64,000 nt of DNA from Botryllus schlosseri (Eukaryota): positions 15,376,001 to 15,440,000 of the forward strand of contig CM119371.1 of assembly GCA_051294905.1 (NCBI GenBank), in the 5' to 3' direction. Below the pieces are notes generated by a model that had not been told where the DNA came from, did not search any database, and worked only from the letters and a program-made list of their open reading frames with translations. Both the position numbers and the translations under genes were made by a program. The first letter of the stretch is position 1, and each line of letters begins with the position of its first letter. Below are positions 48,025 through 61,643 of this stretch, piece by piece.

Positions 48025-49629
48025 ACCTAAATGTATCTAGTTATTGTTACTTTATTAGGATTTTTCGAATTCGCATGGATATATTGATGCAACTGTTCGG
48101 ATTTGGACGGATAGGTCCTCGAGACTCAAGCTGTTGGATGGATCCGGTTTCTCAGAAATAAATGTCCGCTCATCACTGACCGCGTGCGATGTCGCCTACG
48201 TGATATACCAATTCGCACCATACGGAATACAATCAAAGGACATTCAAACATCATCTCAAATGATTACTATAACATTACTTCAAATGTTGACTATCTAAAT
48301 AAAAAGCGACACTTCTAATTTAGCGATTTATATGGTGTGATTTCCCACGAAATCTACAGCGTCATGAGATACCGCGCTTTGAACGAACGGAAATCGAGGT
48401 ATTTCACCCTAGCGTAGTGTGTAAATCAGGCATAAACAAGCATGTTCTCTTACCAAATCTCGCTCTTGCTAACATTGGGATAAACTAGTCAAATACATCA
48501 ATTACTATGTGGTTTTACATTACAGGGAACGAGTGGGCTCGGTTTTCGCGTAGCCTACCACCTCGTGACTGTTAAGAGGTGATTTACGCGAACGGAATCC
48601 ACTACGCCCCTAGGATATAAAACGATTTATGTATTTACTGGTTTTCAACCATTAAGTACGGGTGGAAACATAGTCTGCTTCCAGAAAGTGTCAATTGATC
48701 CATTAGCTCCGTATACCAGGGATGGGGTATTTTCCCCGTTGGACCAAATGTGAAGGAGAAAATACGCTGGCGGGACGAGACGGAGGTTTAAACTGAGCGT
48801 ATAATTTTATTTCTAAATTGAAAGTAGGGAATTACACTGTTTAGACATCTTGCTATGTGGATTCGTTAAGATACGAATAGGACGGAGTATAAAAGGGTCC
48901 GAGAACCCTTCGGCTGAACTGCTATATTGGTCCAATATTTTGGATTGTAACGCGCAAAGAGCCATACAGGTCATAACTGTGATATCACAATCTAAAATTA
49001 GTAACGTATTGGTTTTGGTAACACTTGACATAGGATTCGTAGTGTGCGCCATATTTTGTCTGCTCACATGCGCATGAGGAGACAAACAGGGTGAGTGCAG
49101 AGAGAGAGAGAGATAGACAGAGTCTTTATTTTCATCCAACCAAAATACATAACACACGGCAGTGAGTGCAGCAGTAGATAACTGCGATTTGGAAATGTAT
49201 GACGTTACTGTTTGAAGTACAGACCTGCAACAAACAAGATATGGAAACAGTGACTTGTAATTTAATTTTTACGGTATAATTTGCTGCAATTGGCTTTATT
49301 TTGAACGTGGATTACTCGCATGACGTAGGTACTCTACGTAATCACGGTACATGAAGAAAATATACGTAATCACGGTACATAAAGAAAATAGACTTTGTAG
49401 TAACGCATTTGCGAATCAATTTCTATAGTAGTTTTTGTCCACACATTAATATTAACAAATATATTCAGAATCGCGTCGCGGGCCGCATTTGGCCACCTTT
49501 CGCACAATGCCCGGGTCTGCCCTATAAGCTGCTATGGTTGAAATTCAGCAAATCCACCTATTTACTACCCACGTATTTACAAGGACTTCTGCAGCTCCAA
49601 CTTGTAATGCGAATTGATTTCTCTCACAG

Positions 49630-49879
49630 GCCAACGCTCACGACAGCGACGGGCTTGTCGTCACATACGCACTGGGGCTTGGTAAACGGAAATCTCGTTA
49701 ATTATCAGTGCCCCACCTATCCGAGCCTTGTCAAGCCTACCCACGAGGAACTGCTGAGAGCATGGCGTCGCGTTCAAAATAAGCGCATCAACGTCGAACG
49801 AGAACGGGTTCTTCTGAAGGCAAAAGCCGCGAGGATTGGATATCTGATGAAAAGTACCGACGAACACACCACCGTGTGA
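49630..49879 (+). other. Putative terminal coding exon of an unidentified host gene (copy 1)
   Basis: Acceptor TTTCTCTCACAG at 49618-49629. Peptide TATGLSSHTHWGLVNGNLVNYQC...RVQNKRINVERERVLL...YLMKSTDEHTTV* is conserved at protein level with 61410-61643. Confidence 0.45.
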
Positions 49880-52800
49880 ATTTTAATGATTTTAATGATT
49901 TTATTGAATGATATTATTCCTGGAAGTAAATACACCAACCACATTATGTAACATCTTGTGTCTCCCGTGTCTGCACCCAATGAGGTAGACCTACTCGACT
50001 TTTTGTTGACCTTCGTATGTCGCACTGTAGTGTTCACTGTTCGGTGTTCATACGTCGCTAGAGAGAAGATATGTACGAGACTTGAAATCTCTCATTGCAT
50101 TATCGCCCCAACTACTCCAGTGTCCATCGTTGTTGGTGCGCAATTATCAAACTGCCCATATGCAGCTTGAGAATGTATATCAAAGATCAACGTCTCGGCT
50201 TGAATTGAGCAACTACACGACGATAATGCAAGCTTGACGACAATGCAAGCTTATCTGATATTATTACAATATTACATTGTCGCTATCAAGTTCCTAAGAT
50301 TATAATAATCGTTGGGTTATAATTTTCATCCAATCAAGTTACACACAATGTACAATGCGACAAGATACAATGCGCTGTAACGAACAGATAGGAGGCGAGG
50401 ATGTCGAACGACAAGCAGCAGTAGCGATCCTTTGTAGAGTGCTCGGGCATGGTATGGTTTGGAATGAGAATATTCCATACTCCACACCCGCCCAATCGTT
50501 CCACACAATACTTGAGAATTTTCCATACCATAGCAACATTCTTCCATGCCATATTTAATACTTTTCCATACTTTCGCAACTTGACTAAGCTCTCAAGGGA
50601 TATTCTATTTTTTAATGTGTGGAAATGTTCCGGTGTATATATTCTAATAATTTTGGATGAGATTATCCATTTAAACATCCCCAGTACACCAATGATATCC
50701 CCAGTTTCTTTATATCACATGTCGTCAGCGATGTAGGAACATATATAGGCCTATATACACACGGAATTATTTGGAAATCGAAACAGAATCTCGCGACATG
50801 TAAATCTAGTGTGGTAACGTACTGCTAGCAGTAGCCTCATCTACAGAATTAGGCTACATAAAACAAAGATATTTTCAAAATATAAGATAGGTTCCCAACC
50901 TTTATTCACTTCAGAATTGCCCCTCCAATAAAATATGTTGAGACTTTCTTTTGTAAAGACTTGCTATAGGCGAAAGTTGAGAACCCCAGAATGGAACAGC
51001 ACGCAATTAAATTTATGAGCAGTGAACTGGTAAGTGGTAACCGTACACGCAATGTTGCGCCTCCATAAAATGGATATGTTAGGTAAGCTGACAGAAAAAT
51101 AGGAATGGTTCGATTTTTTTTTCAAATGTACAAGGTAACATCCATTTACATGCGTTTATGCCGAATATATTGCATGGGTCATAAGCACTTACCGGGGTTG
51201 ACCAACTTTTATGCGTATGGTAGATATAAGCGACCATAACCTAAACACTGTGGCGCGCTACTATAACTCGAGCAGTAGGAAATTTCATCATTAAGGAGTC
51301 CGGCTATGCTATCAATTAGCGATTTCACAATCTCACGTGAGTACATATTCAAATGCATATACACATGAACTTTTATTTTAACGAATCAGGTGATTTCAAT
51401 AACACCATTTCGCGTAGGAATCAATAACAACCTATATGCGGGAGATCGCGTGCCACTGTCCGATCGATTCTCGCTAATTGGACGCAAGTGATAATACGAA
51501 TTGCTGAATTGCAAATGAGCGAAGAAATATTAGAGATATATACGATCAGCATTTCCTATGGACGTTTAATAAACGTTAATAATGTAAAGTATATGTTTTC
51601 CAATTGAGTTTATTCCAAACCAGATGGCCCTAAATTCCCCGCAATTGGGGTAGCCTATATTCCCTCCGGTTGGAAACACCTGTACTAGAAGATATCCGCA
51701 AATATAATTTTACATCACTACAATCATTTTGCGATCGCTATTTGTCTATTTTCGCCGCCAATCTGTGGGTCACACTCATTAGCTTTATTAGCCAACATTA
51801 AGGTGTCCGTTGTCCATTATATTAGAAATGACAAGATTTCAGGTGTGTTATAGGCCGGCATATCGTAACGTCGCTCCATGACAAGCTATATATTTTTGAA
51901 TTAAATTGAGGGTTAGGCCTATGTCGAATAGATATTGCGTGATGATCATCCTCCCCAAGCGCGGAAGATTATCTCCAAGTTCAACAAATTGATCAAAATG
52001 TTCATGTAACTTCTACACTCTACAGTCACAGCGAGTCTACGATTTTAAAACTACATTGGTTATTTATGTACGTTATATAAGTTACGATAAGCGAAATGCA
52101 ATTGTAACGGGTAGCGGTCGAATATCATTCATTTTTATAATATTTAAATCGGAATAATTATCAATAATATTATTTTCATTCATTCGTGCGTCGCGAAACT
52201 TAAGTTGTCTTCAAATAGACGTTGACCGGAATGGGTGAGTCATAAATCACAATTTGGGCTATGAATATAGACAGTGAGCGATTTTCTGTGGTCTGCAATC
52301 AATTTGACAAATCGAAAGTAGGATTATTGTCATGGTTCTGGCAAAACTGTCAAGTATGGAAGTATGGAAAACACGTTCCATGCCATACCATACTTGCATT
52401 CTTCCATATTCCGTACCGTAAATTTCGTTCCATACCATACCATACTACCATACCATACCATACCATACCACACCACACCATGTCCTGGCCCGATGTCACA
52501 GTTCTTTTTCTATGTTGATTTTTTGAAGCCGCGGCCCTTTCTGCTAGTTCTTTCCATTCCTTGTGAGTGCTTTCTTTCTTCGGTTTGTTTCTGGGCCTCC
52601 GGCCCATTATCAAGCTGTAAACCCGTGAACAAATCTTCACTTTCCCGTCAGGCATGCTTGGAACACGATAATTCGTCATATCAAACTTACGAAATTAGCC
52701 ATACCGTAAATAATATGAATTCAAAAATGGTTGAGATTTCAATTCAATATTGTACGGCCTTTACTGGCCGTAAGTGACCGAAATTTGGTGTGTAGCGTTT

Positions 52801-55113
52801 TTTGGCAACGATTTCATCATTAAGCGAGTGAAATTTGGACAAAGTTATTTTTGAACAACCCTACGCCTCACGAATGACTTGTAAATTGGCTGTGCTAATT
52901 GATGTATGTGATACAAACCACATCAGGGTTTCTCAACCAAGGAGTCCACACCATGACGCTCGTTTGCCTATTCGGTAGGGGTCGCGGAGTCACTGATTGA
53001 ATAGGAATGACTACTACCAGAATGCCAACGAACCGGATGCTATCGGGGGCTCATTTCTGAAAAGTCTGGTTCATTTTCCAAAGTAGGAATGAACGACATT
53101 TGATGAATGCGAAACCGCCAAACAAGGTATCAGATCAGCCGAAGTGTGATTTCAAAGCGCCACCTACAATAACGTAAGGTTGGTGTCTGGCCCCTACTAT
53201 GAATACTAAAGTGTCGGGACATAGAAATGAATAAGAAGAATTTTTCTCTTCCTGTAAAACTACAAGTAACCGATAGTGCTATGTGATAAGAGTATATACA
53301 AACAGATACGCTCGTTATTTGTATTGGGCGTGACGCATGATATCACGTATCATTATTTGCCTATATCGATTGTGTATCGATAGAAATCGCTACAAAAGAC
53401 ACATAGAAATTGTAATAATCTTGACAGACGGAGGTTGACGAGTTCATAATTAATATTACTGCGAAGTACGCACATAGTCACCAGCATCCCACACGGGCCG
53501 TGAGTGTTGGTAAGGGTGCTGACCATTTTTTAGTTATCAGCATGCCAAGTTGAGAGGTAAGTCGCGCAACGTTATCGAATCGAAAGTTGGGGTCACGGCC
53601 ATCAACACATTGGGATCACACGGCCTGCGGTATATGAATCAAGTATTCAACCATAGTAAACAAAACATATTCTAGCATTGGACACAAGTCATTAAATTGA
53701 AACTTTGTCGTACTTGTAATGGCTAACAAGTGTTAAGCGGGAATGCACGACGACGTATACTCGGTATAAATGGAATGGCGTGTCAGAAAATATCTTCCCA
53801 TGCAGTATAGTATGGCCATCTATTCATGATTCAGACGAGCATATAATACGTTCCAATATGACGAGTGCAGATGGTCCAAGTCAGAGTCGCCGACTCGAAA
53901 CGGCTCAGGCCAATTTTCCCATTTCGTAACGGCCGCAGGCCGCGTGAACTCAATATCAAGGTAAAATAGGCCACCAAATGACAAGTCTACTTTAAAAACT
54001 ATACGTCACTGCAACGCTGTGCGTTCCAACATGGGCGCGATTTGCATAGTTGCCAGGCAAAAAGTAATATTTTATTAAAGAAATTCAAATACAGCAAAAA
54101 TATCATGCTCATCAAGTTCATTTTATTTTGAACTCTGAGCTGCGATCGATACCTGACAACACTCCTCAGCGACTACGGGATCGATATTGGGGCTTGCGGG
54201 ACGTGGTACTAGCTGAGAGACTATATCCACGTCAAGCTTGATCTTTTGGGGAAGCCGTGGGCCGTTTTCTAAGCGTCTCTGTCTTGGCACTGTCCGCGCC
54301 ATTATACGTCAAGGCAATATACTCATTCATATCAGCTGGTTCTCTCTCGATGGAATGTTGTTGCCATCGCAAAACCCGTTTCAGCTAGTGAGGAATGGTG
54401 ATGTTGGGTACAGGAGAATAGCTTATTTTGAAACAACAACGACAATATTTGAAAAATGAAAAATGCTTTATTTATCGTACTTCCAAAATCTCAAATCATA
54501 TCACGGGCGGCAAAATACAACCGCGCGGGTCTCGTGTTGGTGACCCCTGGTTCAAGTCATCAGCGTTGACACTCAAGTAGAAGTAGAAATAACGCTGTGA
54601 ATTTCCATCCAATTACAAGTGGACGCATCAAGTTCCGAGACAAATAGAAAACGAAAGATTTCAAAACTAGTGAAGGAAGCTGATTTAAAAAGTAGATTGC
54701 TCGCATGCATTTAGCAATGAAAGTCGCCAGATACAACCTCACGTCTAACGCAAAATGTCTATAATGCCACTGCCAATAAATAACAAAGTGGTAATATCTT
54801 AAGCTAATAGTAGGCTATATACGGGGGTTATTTTACCAGATTTTTATGGCAATTTCACTCGCAAAAGTAATGCAAACTTACCACGGAACTACTTTCCCCT
54901 TTACAGAATCCAAGTTGTTTGACTCTAAAGCTATTCAAATAGAGGTAACCTAAAAACTTGAGTACGTATTGCACGGATGCAGAACGTAGCTGAGTACTTC
55001 TGATTCATTTCTCCCGCTGTGCACGCGATGATCACACATAGCTATTTATTATTTCACTGTTGCTATGAATGAAATCTTGAACAAAAACTGATTCAAGCAC
55101 TGAACGACAATCT

Positions 55114-55325
55114 TCAACGCGATAGTTTGATGTATTTGCTGTACGATGCGCAGCACGCTTCTATGTCGCCAGATACTGCGCCGGGTAGGCCGCAGGTCTT
55201 TAGCTGTGATTTCCAGCCGACAAAGCTCAAAGGTTTTGACCTCAGTTCCCAGCTCGCCTCCTAAAAGGTATAGCTTGTCGGCAAGGTAAACCGTGGCGTT
55301 GCGGAATTGTATCTCAAAACCTCTC
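55114..55325 (-). pseudogene. 3' fragment of a third Kelch paralogue
   Basis: FEIQFRNATVYLADKLYLLGGELGTEVKT...LRPTRRS and, after a frameshift, GDIEACCASYSKYIKLSR*, aligning to the C-terminus of 5538-7145. Confidence 0.8.
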
Positions 55326-56933
55326 AAGACTGAAATAGACAATGGCATAATGTGAATCAACCCAATTCAATCATAGCAACCCATCGTCTACAACTGGATT
55401 GGAATGTCAGGTATACTGCTCCCGATTCACTCCCGATTCTCGTATGATTCCAAATTGCGACTCCGACTCAGCTCATGAATATTTTATGAACTGTAATTCC
55501 GGCTTCATTTGAATACCTAGGGTTCCCAACCGGTGGTAATTCTCCACTTGTGGAGAATTGGTGGGTTTCTCGTGGTGCATGACCAGACGCAGTTGCAAAA
55601 TAAATACATAGATACACATATATCACGAGACATAGCACCACGATTACGGTTACCACTTCAATGTGGCCTGGACGGTATGAGTCACTACTTTTAAGGCGTG
55701 TGGATCATAAAAAGTCATTTTGAATTCTGGGTAACCAATATTGGGTCACAAACACGCTCAGCACGAGCAACATGACGTGCAATAAAGCCTTTGCGCAATT
55801 TTGTGGGATACCAATACACAGTATGTTCTATGCTGTAGTAAAATGCGATTATTCATGTCCACTGTCAGGCGTCCCAGGGTTTATGGACGTATAAGCAATA
55901 AGCCAATAACTTGTCCGTGACATCCGGCCACTATTAAGCGTTTTATAAAAAGTATAACGACCAAAATTAAAACAAAATACGATCACAGTTAATTCGACTT
56001 CGGATTCACGCTGATTAAAAAAAAAAGACAACCGCCGCAATCATTGCTGCGGGCCGTCATAACTTGCACCATGAGAATTTCCTTTACGAAACAAGGTCTA
56101 ACCAAGGGGTCGCCAACTCAAAACGAATCGCAGGTCACTTTTCATAATTTCGCACAGGCTGTGGGCCGCATGAATCAGTATCGATTTGAAATAGGTCACA
56201 CATTTTTACTCGTGGTCTTTCATTCTATACGCGGAGAATGCCGTTCACCGATTTCCAACACTTTGCCTTGTGCCCGGAGTTTCCTTTCCTTCACCACTTA
56301 GCTGGTCTTTACTATACGCGAATCACTTTGATTTAACGAATGCTACCTTCATTTTATGACATTTACTCGTCCTGCTCTACATAGTTGCGGTTTTGCATCT
56401 GGAATGTGTAAATTTTGTTGGTTAGCAAATCCTATAACTACATGGGCGGTTTTGTTGTTGACCAGATGCAATTGAAATGTGAATAGTTGTGTAATTGTGT
56501 TCTGTCGAAACCTATGGAACCACTATGAATGTACTTGGGGATTACGTACAATTTCACGATTACTTGCAACACTCTGGTCAAGTGAATCTTTGTGATAGTG
56601 ACTATTGCCCTGCACATAAAAACCGTCTGGACGGTTTTATCGCAAGTATTGCCAAACTCAACAAAAGGCTTCGATCAGCTGAAACCATTCGTCGCGGAAC
56701 TAATAACGTACAAATTTCACTCAGTATATTGATATAATCGCGTACCAGAAAGCGAGGCTAGCTACTCAAATAATTATCTGAGTCCCTACATTCATGACCC
56801 GGGGAGCACACAGTACGTTCTAATATCACTAAGGCAGATTCTGCTCGGTGTGAATAATCTGGTAACGAATTGCAATTTAATATTGCATTGCTACGCTTTG
56901 AAGTCGTTAACAGACGAGCTGATGTAAGCAATA

Positions 56934-59357
56934 TCATTGTCTAATTTTCTTGCCATACGACGCGCGTCACACGCCCATGTCACCATCACCACGCCAGGTA
57001 GGTTGCAGTGCAGCTCTGTCACAGGGATTTCCAGCTTACAGTAATCAATGGTTTCGACATCGGTTCCCAACGAGCCTCCAAAATGTACACCTTGTCGGCT
57101 AGGTGGGCCGTGACGTTACGAAATTGCATTCTACAACCGCCAAAATCTGCCGTTCTCTTGTACAGGAGTTAAAGTAGTCAATGCCGCTCCAGCCACCTCA
57201 CACAGCGTACAAAAATCCTTTATGCCTGAAAGCAGCTCCGTACGCTCTACCCGTGACCATGGAAGCGAATGACGAATACTGCTTTCTAGCGAGCAGCAAC
57301 TTTACAACAGTTTTTCTCTCTGAATACCCAGACAGCAACTCCAATCCTCCGAGCACACTCACCAACTTTTTGAGCAGGTAACAAAAAAACAGCTGTAAGC
57401 GGTGTCGGGGCTGTTTCACTTCTTTGACATCTCCAGAAGAAATTTCCACCATAATTGTGTAACGGACGGTGATCATAATCACCCATACGTCATTGGAGAT
57501 AAGTTTGCAGTAATGCGGTGTACAAACAGTGGCGTTGTCGTTGTTGTGCAATAAATTCCAAATCGTTCCGTTCTACGAGTATAAACAGACTCCGTCGTCT
57601 ACGTACAGCATACCGTTGTACTCTACAGCTGAACAATAACCGCCCATTGTTGGTGGCATTTCACCCTTCACTGCCCACAGTTTGGTACTCAGATCACACT
57701 GATAAACCCGCTTTGCAGACGAGTTAATGAACACGATAGAAGTCAGTGGTTTGTTTTCCCCGAGCGTGACACGGCAGCTTGATGATTGCCCCGAGGAATA
57801 CTTTCAGATATACTGAAGACTTTTTAGCGAGTCTTCAATTAATGTATCCGCATATAGGGTTACCATATTTTAGTAATCCAAATTCCGGACGCTCTTAAGC
57901 GCCCACTAGCGGATTTCAAAATGAGGTAGATGAATATGACGTCACACCGGCAAAGTTTTGTCTATCGACTAGAGGTGGTCACGATCCGGTTCAGAAGTAT
58001 GTGGTTGTGTGTTGCAAGTTGTAACCAGGGCTGAAGCCACATTTTTTTCCGCCCCCTGCCGCCCAAATAAACACTGATCTTGAGCCCACCGCGCAGGGTA
58101 ATCGATGCAACATCTGGGGGCTTACTATATGCATCTGCTCGTTAAATGATTTCAATGAATATGTCAATAATATTGATTCGTTCATATATTATTATATAAT
58201 TTGATCCTCTCTCCGCCCACATGATCAGAGTTAGCGGTATAGAGCTGGTGGAGCATGATGACTTCGAAAATGCAAGGAGTGTAATTGTACATCGATTGGG
58301 TCATGACCAAACGGCTTAGACCGACTCTATGAATATACGGTTATCTTGTAATTGCGATAACAACGAGACTTATTTCGGTAACTGAATGTTATTTTTATTT
58401 ATTTGTTGATTGCAGTTTGCGAGGGTAGTAGGCTAGTCCCCATATTAAAACCAATAAATGTGATACTACATCGCGCGCGAAGAAAAATTTCATGTAGCTT
58501 ACATGTGTCCAAAAATAATATTGTTTCTGTTGATTTAGGAAAAAATTATGAGATTACTTCAAAATTCCGGACATTTAGGCATATTTTAGAAATTCCTCCC
58601 GGACGCAGTTTTAACGGTAAATTCCGGACATGTCCGGGAAATTCCGGACGTATGGCAACCCTAGCATATATGCGCTATTCCACAAATTCTTTCTCAAGAC
58701 ATTGCAGATTGACCTTCTGGAAGATGTCTTGGAAGAAAACCTTCCTTTTCGAAAGGTCGGCATTGGTCCATATCGATATTACCTCCCACTTGAGCATTTC
58801 CAATGCTAGAGACCCACCATGTATCATTTCGTAACAGGATTTCACGGCATTGTAGTCGAGAACTTTGAATTGGTCGGATCTTAGGACCTGTTCGAAATTT
58901 GCTTCAAGAAGATTCTTGACGGGCGCGCGCAAAGCATTTATCTCATAGAGACAAGACAAAGAGAGAATTGCAGCAATATTTGTCATGTCAATATTTTCAG
59001 TCAGGAATTCAACGCAGAGTTCCGTTAAATCTTACAGCTGAAACATTTCCGCGGTATCCATCAGGCCTACCGCTATCTCCATGGAAATATCTACGAATCC
59101 CAGGTAAATAAAGTCAACCCATTGCTTCACAATTTCGGGGCGCATCGCCGGAAAGTCTATAATTCCTGTATTGGCTTCGTAAGTATCATTCATTAGCATC
59201 CGCTGAAATATTCCGTCGCAGCGTCCAGCACGCATTTATGTGCCATGACCTGGAAGTCTCCGCATTTGATGGTGACGTCACAGAACCTCCCGTTCGCCTT
59301 CACTTTTGACAAAAGGACACTCCCTTGCGTGTTGGAGGTTCTGCGGGTGATCTCCAT
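56934..59357 (-). pseudogene. Second BTB-BACK-Kelch paralogue, multiply disrupted
   Basis: MEITRRTSNTQGSVLLSKVKANGRFCDVTIKCGDFQVMAHKCVL...NDTYEANTGIIDF...; VYQCDLSTKLW...AVEYNGMLYV; GRAYGAAF. Collinear with 5538-7145. Several stops and frameshifts plus a MITE insertion. Confidence 0.88.
57855..58663. mobile_element. MITE (TAGGGTT(A/G)CCATA ends) inserted in Kelch paralogue 2
   Basis: TIR TAGGGTTACCATA...TATGGCAACCCTA with TCCGGA subrepeats. Flanking direct repeat GCATA. Removing the insert plus one repeat restores the frame VE*RIYADTLI. Confidence 0.8.
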
Positions 59358-61409
59358 GTCTTATTCTTTAATTTGCTATTCGTGTACCGCACTGCACCGT
59401 AAGAATATTTAGAGTAACGTTCTCTTTGTTTACATACATATAAGTTTACTTGATTTTCGATATCGTTCACCGAGTATGCTCCATCTGTAATCGTGTTGCT
59501 TATTATATTCCGAGTTCACGAACACGCTGCATCATAAGCTGGCTATATGCTCCCTTGTAAATTAAATACGCGTCTCCTTGAATGAAGTAAGCAACTAAGC
59601 ATGACAATAATATCCAGCAATAAAACAACTGACGAAATTGTCAATGCCGAATTCTAAATACAACCAATTACAGTTAATTAATTGCATGTCGCGAGTAGAT
59701 ATCATCCGGACTAAAACATTACCGCGACCTAGAATAATACCTGTAGAGTTGTGCTCCTTTCCACACGAAATCACGGATCCAAAATGGATCACGCACGTGA
59801 TAGATTGAAAGCGCCTATTCAAATTCATGCATCAAACGTGAGAAGCACTGGCGCATAGCATATTCAGTGAAGAGTGGAATTATGGGGCAATGCCTTATTG
59901 TTCTAATATTCAGTTTATTATTCTTACTGCACCGTAAGAATATTGACAGACTGACGTGGATGCTATTTTGCTATTATGGAGACATGCATAGCATTGTGAA
60001 ATATTATTAAAGAAACATAGTTTTCATCAACATCTACTGTTGACAATGACACCATTACGGCAATAATTACGGCCATGAGTCGTTTTAAATGGGTTTAGAG
60101 TTTTTCTATTCCATACGGCACAGTATAGCGATCGCACATTCCAACTGATGGCCGGATAATAACAACTGTATAGCGAGCCGAATCGTTAGATAGAGCAACG
60201 CAATTAATTGTCATGGACAATAGGGCTGTTCAAAAAATAACTTTTTTCCGGATTCCTGCCAGTCACTTATTAAATTGTCAGGTTACGCTAAAAACGCTGC
60301 ACGCCAAATTTGGTTCAATTGCAACATGTATAGGACTCTGAAGATCCAATTAAAATTTTTAATTTATTTGGGAAAGTCACACTGGATCGACGCTTGTTAC
60401 AGCTTTCCAGATGCCGCAGGGATTATAACAACATTTTTGCGAGATAGCGTATATATATATAGCGTATATATTGGTATGATCCACAGCTGCATTGTGATCG
60501 AGTTTGGCATTGAGTATGTGCAGATGTAACGCCGTAACAAATTCCTCCTCAAGTAGAAGTAGAGGTAGGCTACACATAGGCAAATGCGTAAAATAGTAAG
60601 TATTCATGGCATATCTAGTTTGCCTACCAACGCTGGTCTTGGGCCTCCGTAGGGTTGCAATACAACTTATTGCGGCTTCGAATCGCATCATCACTGTGAC
60701 CTCATGACCCTTATAGTGACATTGCACGTAACCATCACATCGCAATCAATATACAAATAAAGTAGCCGCTATCCAAACACAGTTCACTTGAGCAAGGAAA
60801 ATAGCAAGTCACGAAAACACGTTGACGGCAAATGGCAAGTGAACATATGCAAAATTAAAAAAGGCAAAGCGGTGCCGCAGTTTAGAATAGTACTATGCCT
60901 CGCCGAGGAAACTGAGTTAAGTCTTGCAGTAATCTTATGAAAGCCTGGTCTGTTATCGTTGCTGATATAGTAGGCTACAAGCACCGAGTTGACTATGAAT
61001 ATACTGTGAACGAGAACAGTGTATTCTACCAACAATTTTCCAACTACACGTAAGAGTAGCCTACATCAGAGGTTCACGTTTCACACCCATCCCTGTTAGT
61101 GAGAATGAGAATGAACCTGAATCATGCATTGTGTTATATTTCAGAAGGGTGGCATGGATCTTATTTTGGCGTACCATCCAAATACTCAAAATAGGTGATT
61201 TATTACGGACTCAGAACCCACTTCCCTCCTGAGATATACTGCAATAACGACTGATCTATGGGCTAATTGATCGAATGCAACTTACTGTTCCGTTTGCCAC
61301 CCACGTATATTGTACACGCATTGTACAGTGCATTCAATGAATTCTGCAACTGCAACTCCAACTCGCAATGAAAATAATTTATCGCCATAAAAATATATCT
61401 CGGTCATAG

Positions 61410-61643
61410 GCCAACACGCACATTCAGCGACGGGTTTGAAGCTTAATTCGCAAGTGAGCTGGATAAACGGAAATCGCGTTAGTTATGAATGCCGTAAATG
61501 CCCACGCCTATCCACGAAAGGTTGCTGATAGCATACGGCATCGCGTTTATAACAAGCGTTTCAGAGTTGAACGAGAACGGTTTCTTCAGAACCCCAGAAT
61601 TCACTATCTGATGAAAAGTACCGACGAATACACCACCGTGTAA
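61410..61643 (+). pseudogene. Putative terminal exon of an unidentified host gene (copy 2, frameshifted)
   Basis: SATGLKLNSQVSWINGNRVSYEC...RHRVYNKRFRVERERFLQNPRIHYLMKSTDEYTTV*, homologous to 49630-49879. Confidence 0.4.

Noticed and set aside
50326-52777. Clusters of overlapping ORFs at 50326-50736 and 52261-52777
   Set aside because: Driven by low-complexity (CCATA)n-type transposon subterminal repeats; no protein signal.
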